Position numbers and translations under genes: made by a program. A DNA stretch of 64,000 nt. Origin: Minisyncoccota bacterium. Its GTDB lineage: Bacteria > Patescibacteriota > Minisyncoccia > UBA6257 > 2-01-FULL-56-20. Below, piece after piece: positions 10,611 through 21,722 of the stretch; within the stretch, counting starts at the first letter, position 1, and each line of letters starts with the position of its first letter. Below the pieces are notes generated by a model. It was not told where the DNA came from. It ran no database searches and worked only from the letters and a program-made list of their open reading frames with translations. Where the stretch lies: the NCBI GenBank assembly GCA_025449695.1, contig JANWIW010000027.1:283-64282 (forward strand), written 5' to 3'.

Positions 10611-10995
10611 AGAGCCGGACTCCCCATATCCGGTCCAGAATGAAGAACAGGTGGTCGGCTGCCTCCGGCGTCATAAGCGAGCCGGCGATCCATCCGCCCA
10701 GCAAGCAGATGCCGAAGCCGCTCAACACGAACATCGGCAGCACCACCCAGCGGATGCAGTTCTTCGGCCGCGACAGGCGGTAACCCTCAAAGGGTTGGTA
10801 GGCCGCCTTGTAATAGCCGAGAGCCAGAGCCGCGGCGACTAGTGCGGTCACCGATCCCTCATAAGAGAGGCCGGTCCAGCCGGTGCGTCCGAGAAGGGGA
10901 AGGAGAACTAATCCGACGATGGTGAGGCCGTCGGAGTTACGGAAGTATTTCCGCACGAGGGGGTAGTCCCAGGCGCGGAGCGCGAGAGCGTGCAT
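10609..10995 (-). CDS. small membrane protein, hypothetical
   Basis: 3-4 hydrophobic helices in 128 aa; converges on the bidirectional terminator shared with fcl. Confidence 0.45.
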   Translation of the reverse strand: MHALALRAWDYPLVRKYFRNSDGLTIVGLVLLPLLGRTGWTGLSYEGSVTALVAAALALGYYKAAYQPFEGYRLSRPKNCIRWVVLPMFVLSGFGICLLGGWIAGSLMTPEAADHLFFILDRIWGVRL

Positions 10996-11117
10996 CTAAA
11001 GCTCCTTTCGTCAGTTGCAGCTCCAAATGCCCTTACAAGGACGCTTGGAGCCGCAACCGACGGATTTCAAAATGCGCTTTCATTATAACACATAACTATA
11101 CAAAAAGCAAGTTTCTG

Positions 11118-12479
11118 TCAAGCCGTGGTCTGCTCGGATGGGACATGCTTGCCTGCTTCCACGTTCACGAAGAGGTACTTCGCCGTTTTCAGGATAATAG
11201 CCAGGTCCACCAGGAAGGAGCGGTTCTTCACGTAGTAGATGTCGTACTTCAGCTTCTCCCTGGCCTCGTCCAGGGAGGCGGAAGGCCGGAAATTTATCTG
11301 AGCCCAGCCGGTCAGGCCGGGTTTTACCACATGGCGGATGTTGTAGTAGGGAAAGGCCCGGTATTGCTCCACGAGTTCAACCCGTTCCGGCCGCGGGCCG
11401 GTGAAGGAGATGTCCCCGCGGACGACGTTCCAAAGCTGGGGGATCTCATCCAGATGGGTGAGCCTGAGGAGCTTGCCGAACGGCGTGACGCGCCGGTCGT
11501 TTTTCTCCGTCCAGGCGGGCGTGCCGTCGTTCCCGCCCTGCCAGGTGGTCATGGTGCGGAACTTGTAGAGCGTGAATGTCTCGTCGTTCTTGCCCACGCG
11601 CGCCTGCGCGAAGATGGCGGGGCCGCGTGAGGTGAGCTTGATGAGGAACGCGATGAGGAGGGTGAGGGGGATGAGCGCCACAGAGAACGCGACTCCCAGC
11701 ACGAAATCCACAAACCGCTTGACCAGGTCGTAACCCGGGCGGCGAGTCGTGACGTGCTCGAGGAACCAGCCCTCTTCCAGCTCGCCGAGCGGTACGCGCT
11801 CGAAGACCAATTCGTAGAAGTCGGTGAAGTTCACGATGGTCACCCCGAGCGGCAGGAGATCGTATAGGGCTCGTATGGCCGCCGGGTCCTTGGTGAGCGA
11901 AGGTTGGATGATGAGCGTATGCGCGCCGTGCTTCTCGATGAGCCGGGGCAGATCCTCCATTTGCAGGGGCCCGAACTCCTCAATCCATGCCGCCGCCTCG
12001 TAGCCGGCATGGGGATGCTTCTTCAGGAACTTCAGGAGCTCCTCGATCTCCGGAGAGCGGCCGATGACGATGGCGGGGGAGGGACGGAAGCGCGCCACCG
12101 CCAGAAAGGTGCTGCGGAATAAATACTCCCCGGCGATCACGACCGCCGCGAAAAGGAATAGGTTGGTCTTAGGGGTGAGCTGGAAGAGCGACTGGAAAAG
12201 ATAGAAAAGTACGATGGAGACCAGGGCGGCGATGCCCACCGCGGTCATGATCCGGTTCACGAGCGAGTTGTAGTTCACGAACGCCCGCTCGCGGTAGAGG
12301 TCCATGACCATGAATACGAAGAGCCACCCGATGAAGAGCAGGGAGAACGGCGCGAGGTGGATGCGCCAATAGTCCTCGAAATTACGGCCCTGATAGCGTA
12401 TCAAAAGCGTCGCGGCGAGCGCGGCGTAGAGTAATATCACGTCCCCGGCGAGCAGGACGAGCTTCTTTGTCCGGGACAT
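11118..12479 (-). CDS. polyprenyl-phosphate sugar phosphotransferase (Bac_transf; initiating enzyme, WbaP-type)
   Basis: SRGPAIFAQARVGKN ... YKFRTM ... DEIPQLWNVVRGDISFTGPRPERV ... KPGLTGWAQI, plus N-terminal TM helices. Confidence 0.9.
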   Translation of the reverse strand: MSRTKKLVLLAGDVILLYAALAATLLIRYQGRNFEDYWRIHLAPFSLLFIGWLFVFMVMDLYRERAFVNYNSLVNRIMTAVGIAALVSIVLFYLFQSLFQLTPKTNLFLFAAVVIAGEYLFRSTFLAVARFRPSPAIVIGRSPEIEELLKFLKKHPHAGYEAAAWIEEFGPLQMEDLPRLIEKHGAHTLIIQPSLTKDPAAIRALYDLLPLGVTIVNFTDFYELVFERVPLGELEEGWFLEHVTTRRPGYDLVKRFVDFVLGVAFSVALIPLTLLIAFLIKLTSRGPAIFAQARVGKNDETFTLYKFRTMTTWQGGNDGTPAWTEKNDRRVTPFGKLLRLTHLDEIPQLWNVVRGDISFTGPRPERVELVEQYRAFPYYNIRHVVKPGLTGWAQINFRPSASLDEAREKLKYDIYYVKNRSFLVDLAIILKTAKYLFVNVEAGKHVPSEQTTA

Positions 12480-12513
12480 CGTTCTTTATAGTAGCACTGG
12501 GAAACGCCCGGCG

Positions 12514-13983
12514 CTACGAGAATAGGCTGCGGGGATCGAGGTACCTCAAGAGTTCTTCGCGCATGGCGACGAGCGCCGCGCCGTAGACTGCGATGCCCGC
12601 CAGGATGGAAATAATGACGTGCACGCCCATCCGTTCCAGAACGAACACGAACGCTCCCATGAGGAGGCTCGCCGCGGCAATCTTCCCCAGATGCCGCAGC
12701 GTCTGGAAGGGAGCGACTCGCTTCAGTCTCCACCAGGTGAATCCGTTCGCGAGGATCTGCGCGAGGATGGTCGCGACAGCGGAGCCCGCGATCCCCCAGT
12801 GGGGGATGAGTAGGAAGTTGAAGAGCGCGTTGCCGAGGGTGCCTATCGCCAGGAACACGATGGCGCTTCGCTGTTCGTTCTTCGCGAAGATGCCGTTCGC
12901 GAGGAAGGAGGCGGGGAAATGCGTGAGGGCGGTGGCGAGAAGGATCAGGAAGGCCGGGGTCGCCGCCTCGTATTCAGCGCCGAAGAGGAGGACGATGATG
13001 TTCCTCCCGAGAACGAGACCGCCCACGAAGATGGGGATGGCGAGAAAGAAGGCGAAGCTCATGATCCTCTCCATGAGCATCCGGAAGCGATCGCCCTCGA
13101 GGATGGCCAGGCGAGACATGGCCGGGAAGAGGACCGTGGACAGGGTCTGCGGCACCATGTACAGGATGAAGATCGGCCGCTGGGCCGCGCTGTACAGGCC
13201 GAGGGCGGTGGCGTTCATATACCAGCCGAGCATCACGGTGTCCGTGTTCAGCATCAGGCTGCCGAGGAAGCCCATGAGACCGAACGGGATTCCCTCGACG
13301 AGAATCCGCCTCACAAGGCCCTTTTCGAAGTGCCGCCAGAAACCCCAAAAGTGCTTCCAGAGCATCGCATAGGCGAGCACCATGCCGCAGCCCGCGCCGA
13401 GGGTGTAGCCGATCATGAGCGCGAGCGGGCTCGGCTGGAGGATAAGAAGCCCCAGGCCGATGCCGGTGATAGCGACGTTCGTGAAGGTGATGATAAGAGC
13501 CTCGAGCTCCATCCGCTCCGAGGCGCGAGTGAGCGACGTCGTGAAATCCCTCAGGCCGTCGAAAGCGATGAGGAGCGCGGCCCACGGCAGGAGGGCCAGG
13601 GCGCCGCTGATGTTCGTGAAGAAAGGTACCACCGCGAAGAGGAGGATGGTGTTCGCGGCGACGAGTACGAGCTTAATGGCGAAAGACGTGCCCAAGTATG
13701 CGGGCAGCCGGGCGGGATTGCGCGCGCCCTCGCGGGTGAGGATTGAGCTTACCCCGATATCCGAAAAGAGAGAGAAAAAGCCGGCCAGTCCCACCGCGTA
13801 GGAGAACACGCCGTAGCCAGCCGCGCCGAGCACGCGCGCCGCGTAAATGAGAATAACGGCGCGGATGATCCGGCCGCCTATCGTGGACGCGGAGAGCCAA
13901 AAGGTGTTCTTGAACACGGTCTGGCGCATGGAGCTGTTCTCGAAGAGCAGGCTTTTCGCGCGGGGAAAAAATCCAGGCATCAT
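12514..13983 (-). CDS. polysaccharide flippase (Wzx, MOP superfamily)
   Basis: Many TM helices; region MRQTVFKNTFWLSASTIGGRIIRAV is typical of a Wzx N-terminus. Start uncertain: ATG candidates at 13983 and 13929, track start 14079. Confidence 0.75.
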   Translation of the reverse strand: MMPGFFPRAKSLLFENSSMRQTVFKNTFWLSASTIGGRIIRAVILIYAARVLGAAGYGVFSYAVGLAGFFSLFSDIGVSSILTREGARNPARLPAYLGTSFAIKLVLVAANTILLFAVVPFFTNISGALALLPWAALLIAFDGLRDFTTSLTRASERMELEALIITFTNVAITGIGLGLLILQPSPLALMIGYTLGAGCGMVLAYAMLWKHFWGFWRHFEKGLVRRILVEGIPFGLMGFLGSLMLNTDTVMLGWYMNATALGLYSAAQRPIFILYMVPQTLSTVLFPAMSRLAILEGDRFRMLMERIMSFAFFLAIPIFVGGLVLGRNIIVLLFGAEYEAATPAFLILLATALTHFPASFLANGIFAKNEQRSAIVFLAIGTLGNALFNFLLIPHWGIAGSAVATILAQILANGFTWWRLKRVAPFQTLRHLGKIAAASLLMGAFVFVLERMGVHVIISILAGIAVYGAALVAMREELLRYLDPRSLFS

Positions 13984-14071
13984 TTCCAAAATAGCTTGTC
14001 CGCGAGGCCGAGAACTGCGCCGTTCCCGCGCTGAGACTTGACTCGCCAACTCATGTTGATACGATTGTAGC

Positions 14072-14833
14072 ATGGACAATCAAAACAACCCCGCCTTCTT
14101 AGATAAATATTTGCTGCCCGCGTCGATCCTCGTCGCGGCGGTCCTCATCGCCGGTTCGGTGTTCTACTCCACTCAGCGCGGCTCCGTCACGAACGGCAAC
14201 AATGTCGCGGTGAATCCCGGTGACAACGGCGATAACGAGCCCGCCCCGGCCGCGCAGCTGCCTCCTATCGGCTCGAACGACGTGGTTCTCGGGCAGGCCA
14301 GCGCGCCGGTCTCGGTGATCGAGTACGGCGACTATCAGTGCCCCTGGTGCAGCAAGTTCTTCGTGGAAGTGGAACCGATGATCCGTAAAGAATTCATCGA
14401 TAAGGGCAAGGTGAAGATGGCCTTCCGCAGCTTTCAGTTTCTCGGTGCGGAATCAAAGCTCGCCGCGGAAGCGGTAGAGTGCGCGAAGGACCAGGGCAAG
14501 TTTTGGGAGTTCCACGATGCGATATACAACGCGGAACATGTCGACGGGCAGGAGAACAACGGCAACCTGGACAAGGCCCTGTTCATGAAGCTCGCAGGGG
14601 ACTTGAAGATGGATACAGGCCCTTTTGGCAGCTGTTTCGATTCGCATAAACACGCGGCCAAGGTGCAGAGCGATTATGCCGCCGCAGGCAGCGCCGGCGT
14701 GAACGGTACCCCCAGCGTGTTCGTGAACGGCAAGACCTTGGGGGCCTGGACCGCCCAGACCAACCCGTTCCAGTCCCCGGCCAACCTGGCTGCGGTACGC
14801 ACTTTCTTGAACGACGCATTGGCGGGCAACTAA
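14072..14833 (+). CDS. DsbA-family thiol:disulfide oxidoreductase, membrane-anchored
   Basis: N-terminal TM anchor, then a thioredoxin fold with the CPWC active site (EYGDYQCPWCSKF). Confidence 0.8.
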   Translation: MDNQNNPAFLDKYLLPASILVAAVLIAGSVFYSTQRGSVTNGNNVAVNPGDNGDNEPAPAAQLPPIGSNDVVLGQASAPVSVIEYGDYQCPWCSKFFVEVEPMIRKEFIDKGKVKMAFRSFQFLGAESKLAAEAVECAKDQGKFWEFHDAIYNAEHVDGQENNGNLDKALFMKLAGDLKMDTGPFGSCFDSHKHAAKVQSDYAAAGSAGVNGTPSVFVNGKTLGAWTAQTNPFQSPANLAAVRTFLNDALAGN

Positions 14834-14906
14834 GGGGCGACAACGGTGTGAAATGAACGAGGGCCGCGCGGTGCGGCCCCTTTGGGTTGGGATGCGCGGC
14901 GCCTTT

Positions 14907-15167
14907 CTAGCAACGCGCGAAGACGAAGTGAGGACGGCCGACGACGGTGGTGGCCCTCTCCTGTTTTCTTACCGTGGTGCTCCTGCCGTGTTTCATGATG
15001 ACCACGGCCTGGAAGACATCTTCTTCGTCCAGCGCCAGGGGATTCAGTCCCTTAGCGATGGCGATGTCTCCGGCCAGGCGCGGCCCGAGAATCGTCTTTC
15101 CGGGCGGCGGTAACGCGGCGAGCAGATCGGTGAAGCTGACGGTTGGTTTTGCAAATTGCGAGAACAT
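14907..15167 (-). CDS. hypothetical small protein, 86 aa
   Basis: ATG at 15167 is preceded 5 nt upstream by a perfect SD AAGGAGG; the track start 15308 is an upstream extension. Confidence 0.5.
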   Translation of the reverse strand: MFSQFAKPTVSFTDLLAALPPPGKTILGPRLAGDIAIAKGLNPLALDEEDVFQAVVIMKHGRSTTVRKQERATTVVGRPHFVFARC

Positions 15168-15243
15168 TCGAACCTCCTTGAAAGCATTTATATAAGTATA
15201 TGCGGCGGAAGTCAACTTTGCGCCCTTGCGACCCGGTATTGTT

Positions 15244-15357
15244 CTGTCATCCCGGCCTTGCGGTGTCCTTCGAAGCCTAGGCGAAGGAGGGAGCCGGGAT
15301 CCAGACAAGTCATACTGGATTCTGGATAGCTCTCCTGGGCTTCCGGAATGACAAACA
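15244..15357. repeat. TGTCATCCCGGC ... GGCTTCCGGAATGACAA repeat (subfamily 2); copies at 51145-51239, 19889-19927 (half, inverted) and 52485-52534 (partial)
   Basis: 15244-15357 and 51145-51239 align over about 95 bp, with an internal hairpin GCCGGGATCCAG/CTGGATTCCGG. Confidence 0.75.
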
Positions 15358-15462
15358 GGCCTGAAAATAAACCTTACCAGACCATCCTACTTGCGCCGCT
15401 GCCATCGCCAGAATAAAATGATGCCCTAGGGTCCGTTCGGTCAGCCAACCAATCATTTTTCC

Positions 15463-15705
15463 ATGCCCAAGACGGTAAAGATATATTCCACCCCCAGTTG
15501 TGTCTATTGCCGGATGGCGAAGGCGTTCTTCGTGGAGAAGAACGTGCCGTACGAGGAGTTCAACGTCCAGGAGGACATGAAGGCGCGCGAAGAGATGTTC
15601 TCCAAATCCCATCAGCTGGGAGTGCCCGTGATCGACGTCGAAGGGGAGATCTACGTGGGCTTCGACCGGAGCGCGATAGCGGAGGCGCTTGGGATCAGTC
15701 AATAG
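15463..15705 (+). CDS. glutaredoxin-like protein (Grx/NrdH family)
   Basis: 80 aa with N-terminal redox motif CVYC (KIYSTPSCVYCRMAK). Confidence 0.75.
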   Translation: MPKTVKIYSTPSCVYCRMAKAFFVEKNVPYEEFNVQEDMKAREEMFSKSHQLGVPVIDVEGEIYVGFDRSAIAEALGISQ

Positions 15706-15767
15706 GGGATAGGGTATGGGGTATGGAATCCCCGTCCCTAAACCCAATACCCTAAACCAATACCCTT

Positions 15768-16691
15768 ATGTATGACCTGATCATCATCGGTGGCGGGCCG
15801 GCGGCCGTTGCTGCAGGCGTCTACGCGGCTCGCAAGAAGATAAAGACCGCCGTGGTCGCGGAGGCTTTCGGCGGCCAATCGCTCGTGTCCGCCGACGTGC
15901 AGAACTGGATCGGCACGCCTTCTATTTCCGGCTTCGATCTAGCCGAGAATTTGAAGAAACACCTGTACGCGTACCGCGAGGGCGTCGATATTCTGGAGGG
16001 CGAGCTCGTGACTGGCATATCCAGGAAGGATGACGGGACCTTCAGCCTGGCGCTCCGGAACGGCAAGGAGATGGAAGCGAAGCATGTCCTTCTCGCGTCC
16101 GGCAGCCGGCGGAAAAAGCTCGAAGTTCCCGGCGAGCAGAAGTTCGAGGGCCGGGGCGTGGTTTACTGTTCCATCTGCGACGCGCCGCTCTTCGGCGATA
16201 AGGTGGTGGCCGTGGTCGGCGGCGGCAATGCCGGGCTTGAGGCCGTCATCGATCTGCTGCCCTACGCCTCTAAGATATACCTCCTCGTCCGTTCCGAGCC
16301 CAAGGGAGACGCGGTGACGCTGGAGAAGATCAAGAACGATCCCAAGGTGGAGATCCTCACCAACACCATCGTGGAATCCATCGAGGGGCAGGATCTTGTG
16401 ACTGGCGTGGTCGTGAAGGACACGCGGACCGGCGAGCCGCGCAAGATCGCTCTGGAAGGCGTTTTTGTGGAGATCGGCGCCCTGCCGAACTCCGAATTCG
16501 TGAAGGGTCTCGTCGAGTTGAACGGAGGGGGCGAAGTGACCGTTGACCACAAGACCCAGCGTTCTTCGGTGCCCGGGATATGGGCGGCGGGGGACGTCTC
16601 AGACGTCATTTACAAGCAAAACAACATCTCCGCAGGAGATGCGGTAAAGGCGGTGCTGAACATCTACGAAATGATGGTGAAAGGGAAATAG
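15768..16691 (+). CDS. trxB: thioredoxin-disulfide reductase
   Basis: FAD site LIIIGGGPAAVAAGVYAAR, redox CSIC, NAD(P) site AVVGGGNAGLEA; adjacent to grx. Confidence 0.8.
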   Translation: MYDLIIIGGGPAAVAAGVYAARKKIKTAVVAEAFGGQSLVSADVQNWIGTPSISGFDLAENLKKHLYAYREGVDILEGELVTGISRKDDGTFSLALRNGKEMEAKHVLLASGSRRKKLEVPGEQKFEGRGVVYCSICDAPLFGDKVVAVVGGGNAGLEAVIDLLPYASKIYLLVRSEPKGDAVTLEKIKNDPKVEILTNTIVESIEGQDLVTGVVVKDTRTGEPRKIALEGVFVEIGALPNSEFVKGLVELNGGGEVTVDHKTQRSSVPGIWAAGDVSDVIYKQNNISAGDAVKAVLNIYEMMVKGK

Positions 16692-16738
16692 AACTTTGCT
16701 TGCTCATGAAAACGCGAGCAGGGTGAGCCATTGCGGTC

Positions 16739-17464
16739 TCACCCTGTCGTTTGATGCCGTTCGTCGCATTCCGGTTCGATGAGCTGTACGTACCCGTGCG
16801 ACGTGATGCTGATCTTCGGCCAATGATCGGGATGTTCCTCGTACCAGGCCCTGATCCGCTTGATGAGTCCTTCGAGGGCATACTGCACTCTTGCTGGAGG
16901 CGACTTTCGAGGTACATAGCCGAACCGGCCTTGTAGTTCCGAACAGAGCTCGCGGAAGGGCAGCATCTTCCCTCGTCGAAGCCCCTCCGCGATGAGCGTG
17001 ATCAGCCCATTCCTGTCTACCCCGCCTGGAATGCTTGCAGGCAGGGCAGGTAGGGCCCGCACTACACGCTCCAGTTCTTGAGCCATCATCTCGAAATACT
17101 CGCTCCAGTGCGGCTCGCTGAATTCCAAGCGCCCGTGTGCCGTCATGCTGATTTGCGGCCTATGGCCGGGATGCTCTTCGTACCAGGCCCTGATCCGCTT
17201 ACGGAACTCATAGAGCGCGCTCACCACGCCTGCCGTACCGGAACGTCTCTTCGGCGCGTAACCGAACCGCTTTTGCAGCTCGGACGAGATCTCCGGGAGC
17301 GAAAGCATCTTGCCCTGCCGCAGGCTTTCGGCGACGACCGTGACGAGGCCCTTTTTGTCGATGCCGCCAGGAACGATGACGAGCGGCCTGCCCACGGCGT
17401 ACGACACCGCTTTCGCCACCCGCTCCAGTTCCTCGGCAAGCCGTTCAAAGTACTCATTGGCCAT
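16739..17464 (-). CDS. hypothetical protein built of two homologous ~115-aa halves
   Basis: EYFERLAEELERV..GGIDKKGLVT..IRAWYEEHPGH versus EYFEMMAQELERV..GGVDRNGLIT..IRAWYEEHPDH; high GC3. Confidence 0.55.
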   Translation of the reverse strand: MANEYFERLAEELERVAKAVSYAVGRPLVIVPGGIDKKGLVTVVAESLRQGKMLSLPEISSELQKRFGYAPKRRSGTAGVVSALYEFRKRIRAWYEEHPGHRPQISMTAHGRLEFSEPHWSEYFEMMAQELERVVRALPALPASIPGGVDRNGLITLIAEGLRRGKMLPFRELCSELQGRFGYVPRKSPPARVQYALEGLIKRIRAWYEEHPDHWPKISITSHGYVQLIEPECDERHQTTG

Positions 17465-17557
17465 AATCTCCCCCTTTTCAACCCCTGCACGAACCGGTGC
17501 TTACCATGTCATCTAAAAATGATTTTGTCAAAAAAGATGCGCGTGGCAGAGGCGGAA

Positions 17558-17586
17558 TTGACAGTCCTTCAAAGGGAAACTACAAT
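17558..17586 (+). promoter_or_regulatory. sigma70-type promoter of groES-groEL: TTGACA, 17-nt spacer, TACAAT
   Basis: -35 TTGACA at 17558-17563, exact 17-nt spacer, -10 TACAAT at 17581-17586, immediately upstream of CIRCE. Confidence 0.6.
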
Positions 17587-17588
17587 CT

Positions 17589-17616
17589 TTCAGCACTCCA
17601 TGGTCGGGAGTGCCAA
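17589..17616 (+). promoter_or_regulatory. CIRCE (HrcA) operator: TTcAGCACTC-N9-GAGTGCcAA
   Basis: Matches CIRCE consensus TTAGCACTC-N9-GAGTGCTAA with 2 mismatches; sits between the promoter and groES. Confidence 0.7.
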
Positions 17617-17749
17617 TTTAAAATGTTTTCGGTTTACCGTGAGAACCCATCTCAAAAATACCCTCGCGGCCGGCGGTACTTCTGAGATGAGTTCTAGTTT
17701 TAAGGGAAATTTAACTGGAGACTGTAAACTCAAAACTAATAAAAAATAA

Positions 17750-18037
17750 ATGATGATAAAACCATTGTCGAACCACATTCTCCTCGAACCCCAGGCGGAG
17801 GAGAAGACCACCAAGTCCGGCATCGTGATCCCGGACACCGCGGACAAGGAGCGCCCGACCCGCGGCACGGTAGTGGCGGTAGGGCCTGGCAAGTCGGAAG
17901 ACGGCAAAATAACTCCCATGTCGGTCAAGGTCGGCGACAGCGTTCTCTTCAAGAAGTACGGTCCGGACGAACTCGAGATCGACGGCAAGAAGTACCTCAT
18001 CGGTGACGAGGACGATATATTGGGCATCATAGAATAA
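17750..18037 (+). CDS. groES: co-chaperonin GroES
   Basis: MIKPLSNHILLEP..GIVIPDTA..GTVVAVGPG; the second ATG (17753) may be the true start. Confidence 0.9.
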   Translation: MMIKPLSNHILLEPQAEEKTTKSGIVIPDTADKERPTRGTVVAVGPGKSEDGKITPMSVKVGDSVLFKKYGPDELEIDGKKYLIGDEDDILGIIE

Positions 18038-19774
<1,737 letters not shown>

Positions 19775-19810
19775 TCGCTTCGCGACGTGGTAGCGTTGTA
19801 CTCGTTGGAT

Positions 19811-19843
19811 CGCCGCGCGCCCGTAAGGGCGCGCGGCTTGTTG
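19811..19843 (+). terminator. rho-independent terminator after groEL
   Basis: Hairpin CGCCGCGCGCCC-GTAA-GGGCGCGCGG followed by a CTTGTTG tail. Confidence 0.5.
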
Positions 19844-20016
19844 TAGGCGTTCGAATGCGCTTGCCGCTACCGTTATTATTCTTTTCAGTGTCATCCCGGA
19901 AGCCCAGCAGGGCTATCCGGGATCCAGCTGAGCGTGAGATGCTCCTCAAAGCATTGATTACCCAATGTTCCCCGCATTTGCGAAAGGCGTTTACCAAAAG
20001 GGGCTACTGGTCTACC

Positions 20017-21720
20017 ATGAGAGCCATGCAAACTCCGGAAGAGTTGCGCGACTACAAGCCCGACTTCGAACCGCACCATTGGACCGACGAGGACAGGCGG
20101 TATCTTTCGCCCTTCGTGACAAACGTGGATGGACTCGTCTCGGTCATCAGCCACAACCTGCCGCCGGAGATCACGGGAGCGCTCTGCTCCCGCGCAAGCC
20201 GCGCCACGGGTTCCCTCACGGAGGTTCTGCTCAAGGAATATATCAAGCCGATTCTGGAAGGGGAGGACAAAGAGCTTGCCGCCGAGTTGAACCGCACCAT
20301 CGAGTTCCTGGAGCGCGGCGGCTTCCGGAAAATCCTGAACAATCAGCGGGCGCAATCCTTCTACGCCCGTTGGCTCTCCCAATACGGCGACGACTCCATC
20401 GCCCAGCTCACCGGGACCCACGTAGTGCTCTGGGGCATCTCGCAGCTTGCCATGAAGTTTCTGGAGGACCGCCGCATTGGCCTGGAGCCCTTGGAGAAGT
20501 CGACCCGTTACGTTAATTTCAGCAACAAGGTCAACGGAAATTACCTGTACTACACCCCGAAGCCCGATCTGGAGAAACTGAACCTGCTTCAGGACTATCG
20601 AGCGACTCTCGACCATCTTTTCGATACGTATGCCGCGCTCTTGCCAAAGCTGCTCGAATGGCTGAAGGTCACCTTCGACGACAAAGAGTCGGTGCTGGAA
20701 AAAAAGGCTTTCGATACCCTGCGGGGTCTTTTACCCATGGCTACCCTCGGCCAGGTCGCATTCCGCGGGAATGCGCAGGCTTTCGAGTATGCCATCAACC
20801 GCATGGCAGGCAGCAATCTCGGCGAGTTCCGCTGGCTCGCCGCGTCTCTGAAGCAGGAATTAGACAAAGAGATCTACTCCCTGCTGCTGCGCCTGGAAGA
20901 CGAGAAAACCAAGCACTACCAGGAGTATCTCTCCCGCCGGCACGACAAGATCCGTGAGTTCATAGGGGAAAAGCAATGGGAAAAAGATGCGCCTGCGGCA
21001 AAGCCGGGCGTGCAGGAGGTCTTGCTTGCGGAATACACTCCCGATGCCGAGGAAAATATCATTGCAGGGATCCTCTTTCCCGAATTCCACGGTAGCTGGG
21101 CGGAGGCGCTGGCTCATGTGAAAAACTTGGATGAGGCCGGCCGCCGGGAGGTCATCAAGCGCTATCTGCCCGGACGGGAGCAGCGCTGGTACAAAGTGGG
21201 CCGGGCCTTCGAGAACGCGTATCTCCGGTTCGAGATCACTATGGACATCGGCGCCTACCGCGACGTCCAGCGCCACCGCATGATGACCCAGGACCGTCAG
21301 CGGTTCTCCACGCATCACGGCTATGCCGTCCCGGCGGAGCTGACCGGTGCCGGACTGGAAACTCCTTATCGCGAGGCGATGGACAAAGCAGCCGAGCTGT
21401 TCCGGAGACTCGAGGGAGCTGATCCCGACCTTGCTCAATATGTGGTGCCTCTCGGTTACCACATCCGTTTCTATCAATGGCAGAACTTCCGACAGTTCTT
21501 CTGGGAGGCCGAATTGCGGACCATCTCCCAAGGACATCCCGATTACCGGACCGTCGAGCAAAAGAAATATCTTCTGGTAAAAGAGAAGTTCCCGCTTCTC
21601 GCCGAGTTCATGCTGGTGGACATGAACGATTACGCCATCGCCCGCCGTGGCACCGAAGATAAGATCGTGGAGAAAGAGAAGAAGATACTGGAGCGGCTGC
21701 AGAATAAGGCCGGAAGCTAG
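20017..21720 (+). CDS. thyX: FAD-dependent thymidylate synthase ThyX-like, long form
   Basis: Thy1 motif RHRMMTQDRQRFS in the C-terminal half; long N-terminal extension as in long ThyX forms; folA directly downstream. Start uncertain (ATG 20017 or 19939; track 19855). Confidence 0.6.
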   Translation: MRAMQTPEELRDYKPDFEPHHWTDEDRRYLSPFVTNVDGLVSVISHNLPPEITGALCSRASRATGSLTEVLLKEYIKPILEGEDKELAAELNRTIEFLERGGFRKILNNQRAQSFYARWLSQYGDDSIAQLTGTHVVLWGISQLAMKFLEDRRIGLEPLEKSTRYVNFSNKVNGNYLYYTPKPDLEKLNLLQDYRATLDHLFDTYAALLPKLLEWLKVTFDDKESVLEKKAFDTLRGLLPMATLGQVAFRGNAQAFEYAINRMAGSNLGEFRWLAASLKQELDKEIYSLLLRLEDEKTKHYQEYLSRRHDKIREFIGEKQWEKDAPAAKPGVQEVLLAEYTPDAEENIIAGILFPEFHGSWAEALAHVKNLDEAGRREVIKRYLPGREQRWYKVGRAFENAYLRFEITMDIGAYRDVQRHRMMTQDRQRFSTHHGYAVPAELTGAGLETPYREAMDKAAELFRRLEGADPDLAQYVVPLGYHIRFYQWQNFRQFFWEAELRTISQGHPDYRTVEQKKYLLVKEKFPLLAEFMLVDMNDYAIARRGTEDKIVEKEKKILERLQNKAGS

Positions 21721-21722
21721 TC

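Noticed and set aside
19889-19927. TGTCATCCCGGAAGCCCAGCAGGGCTATCCGGGATCCAG considered as a tRNA fragment or terminator
   Set aside because: No cloverleaf can be drawn. It is the reverse complement of the right half of the 51145-51239 and 15244-15357 repeat, so it is a partial copy of that repeat family.
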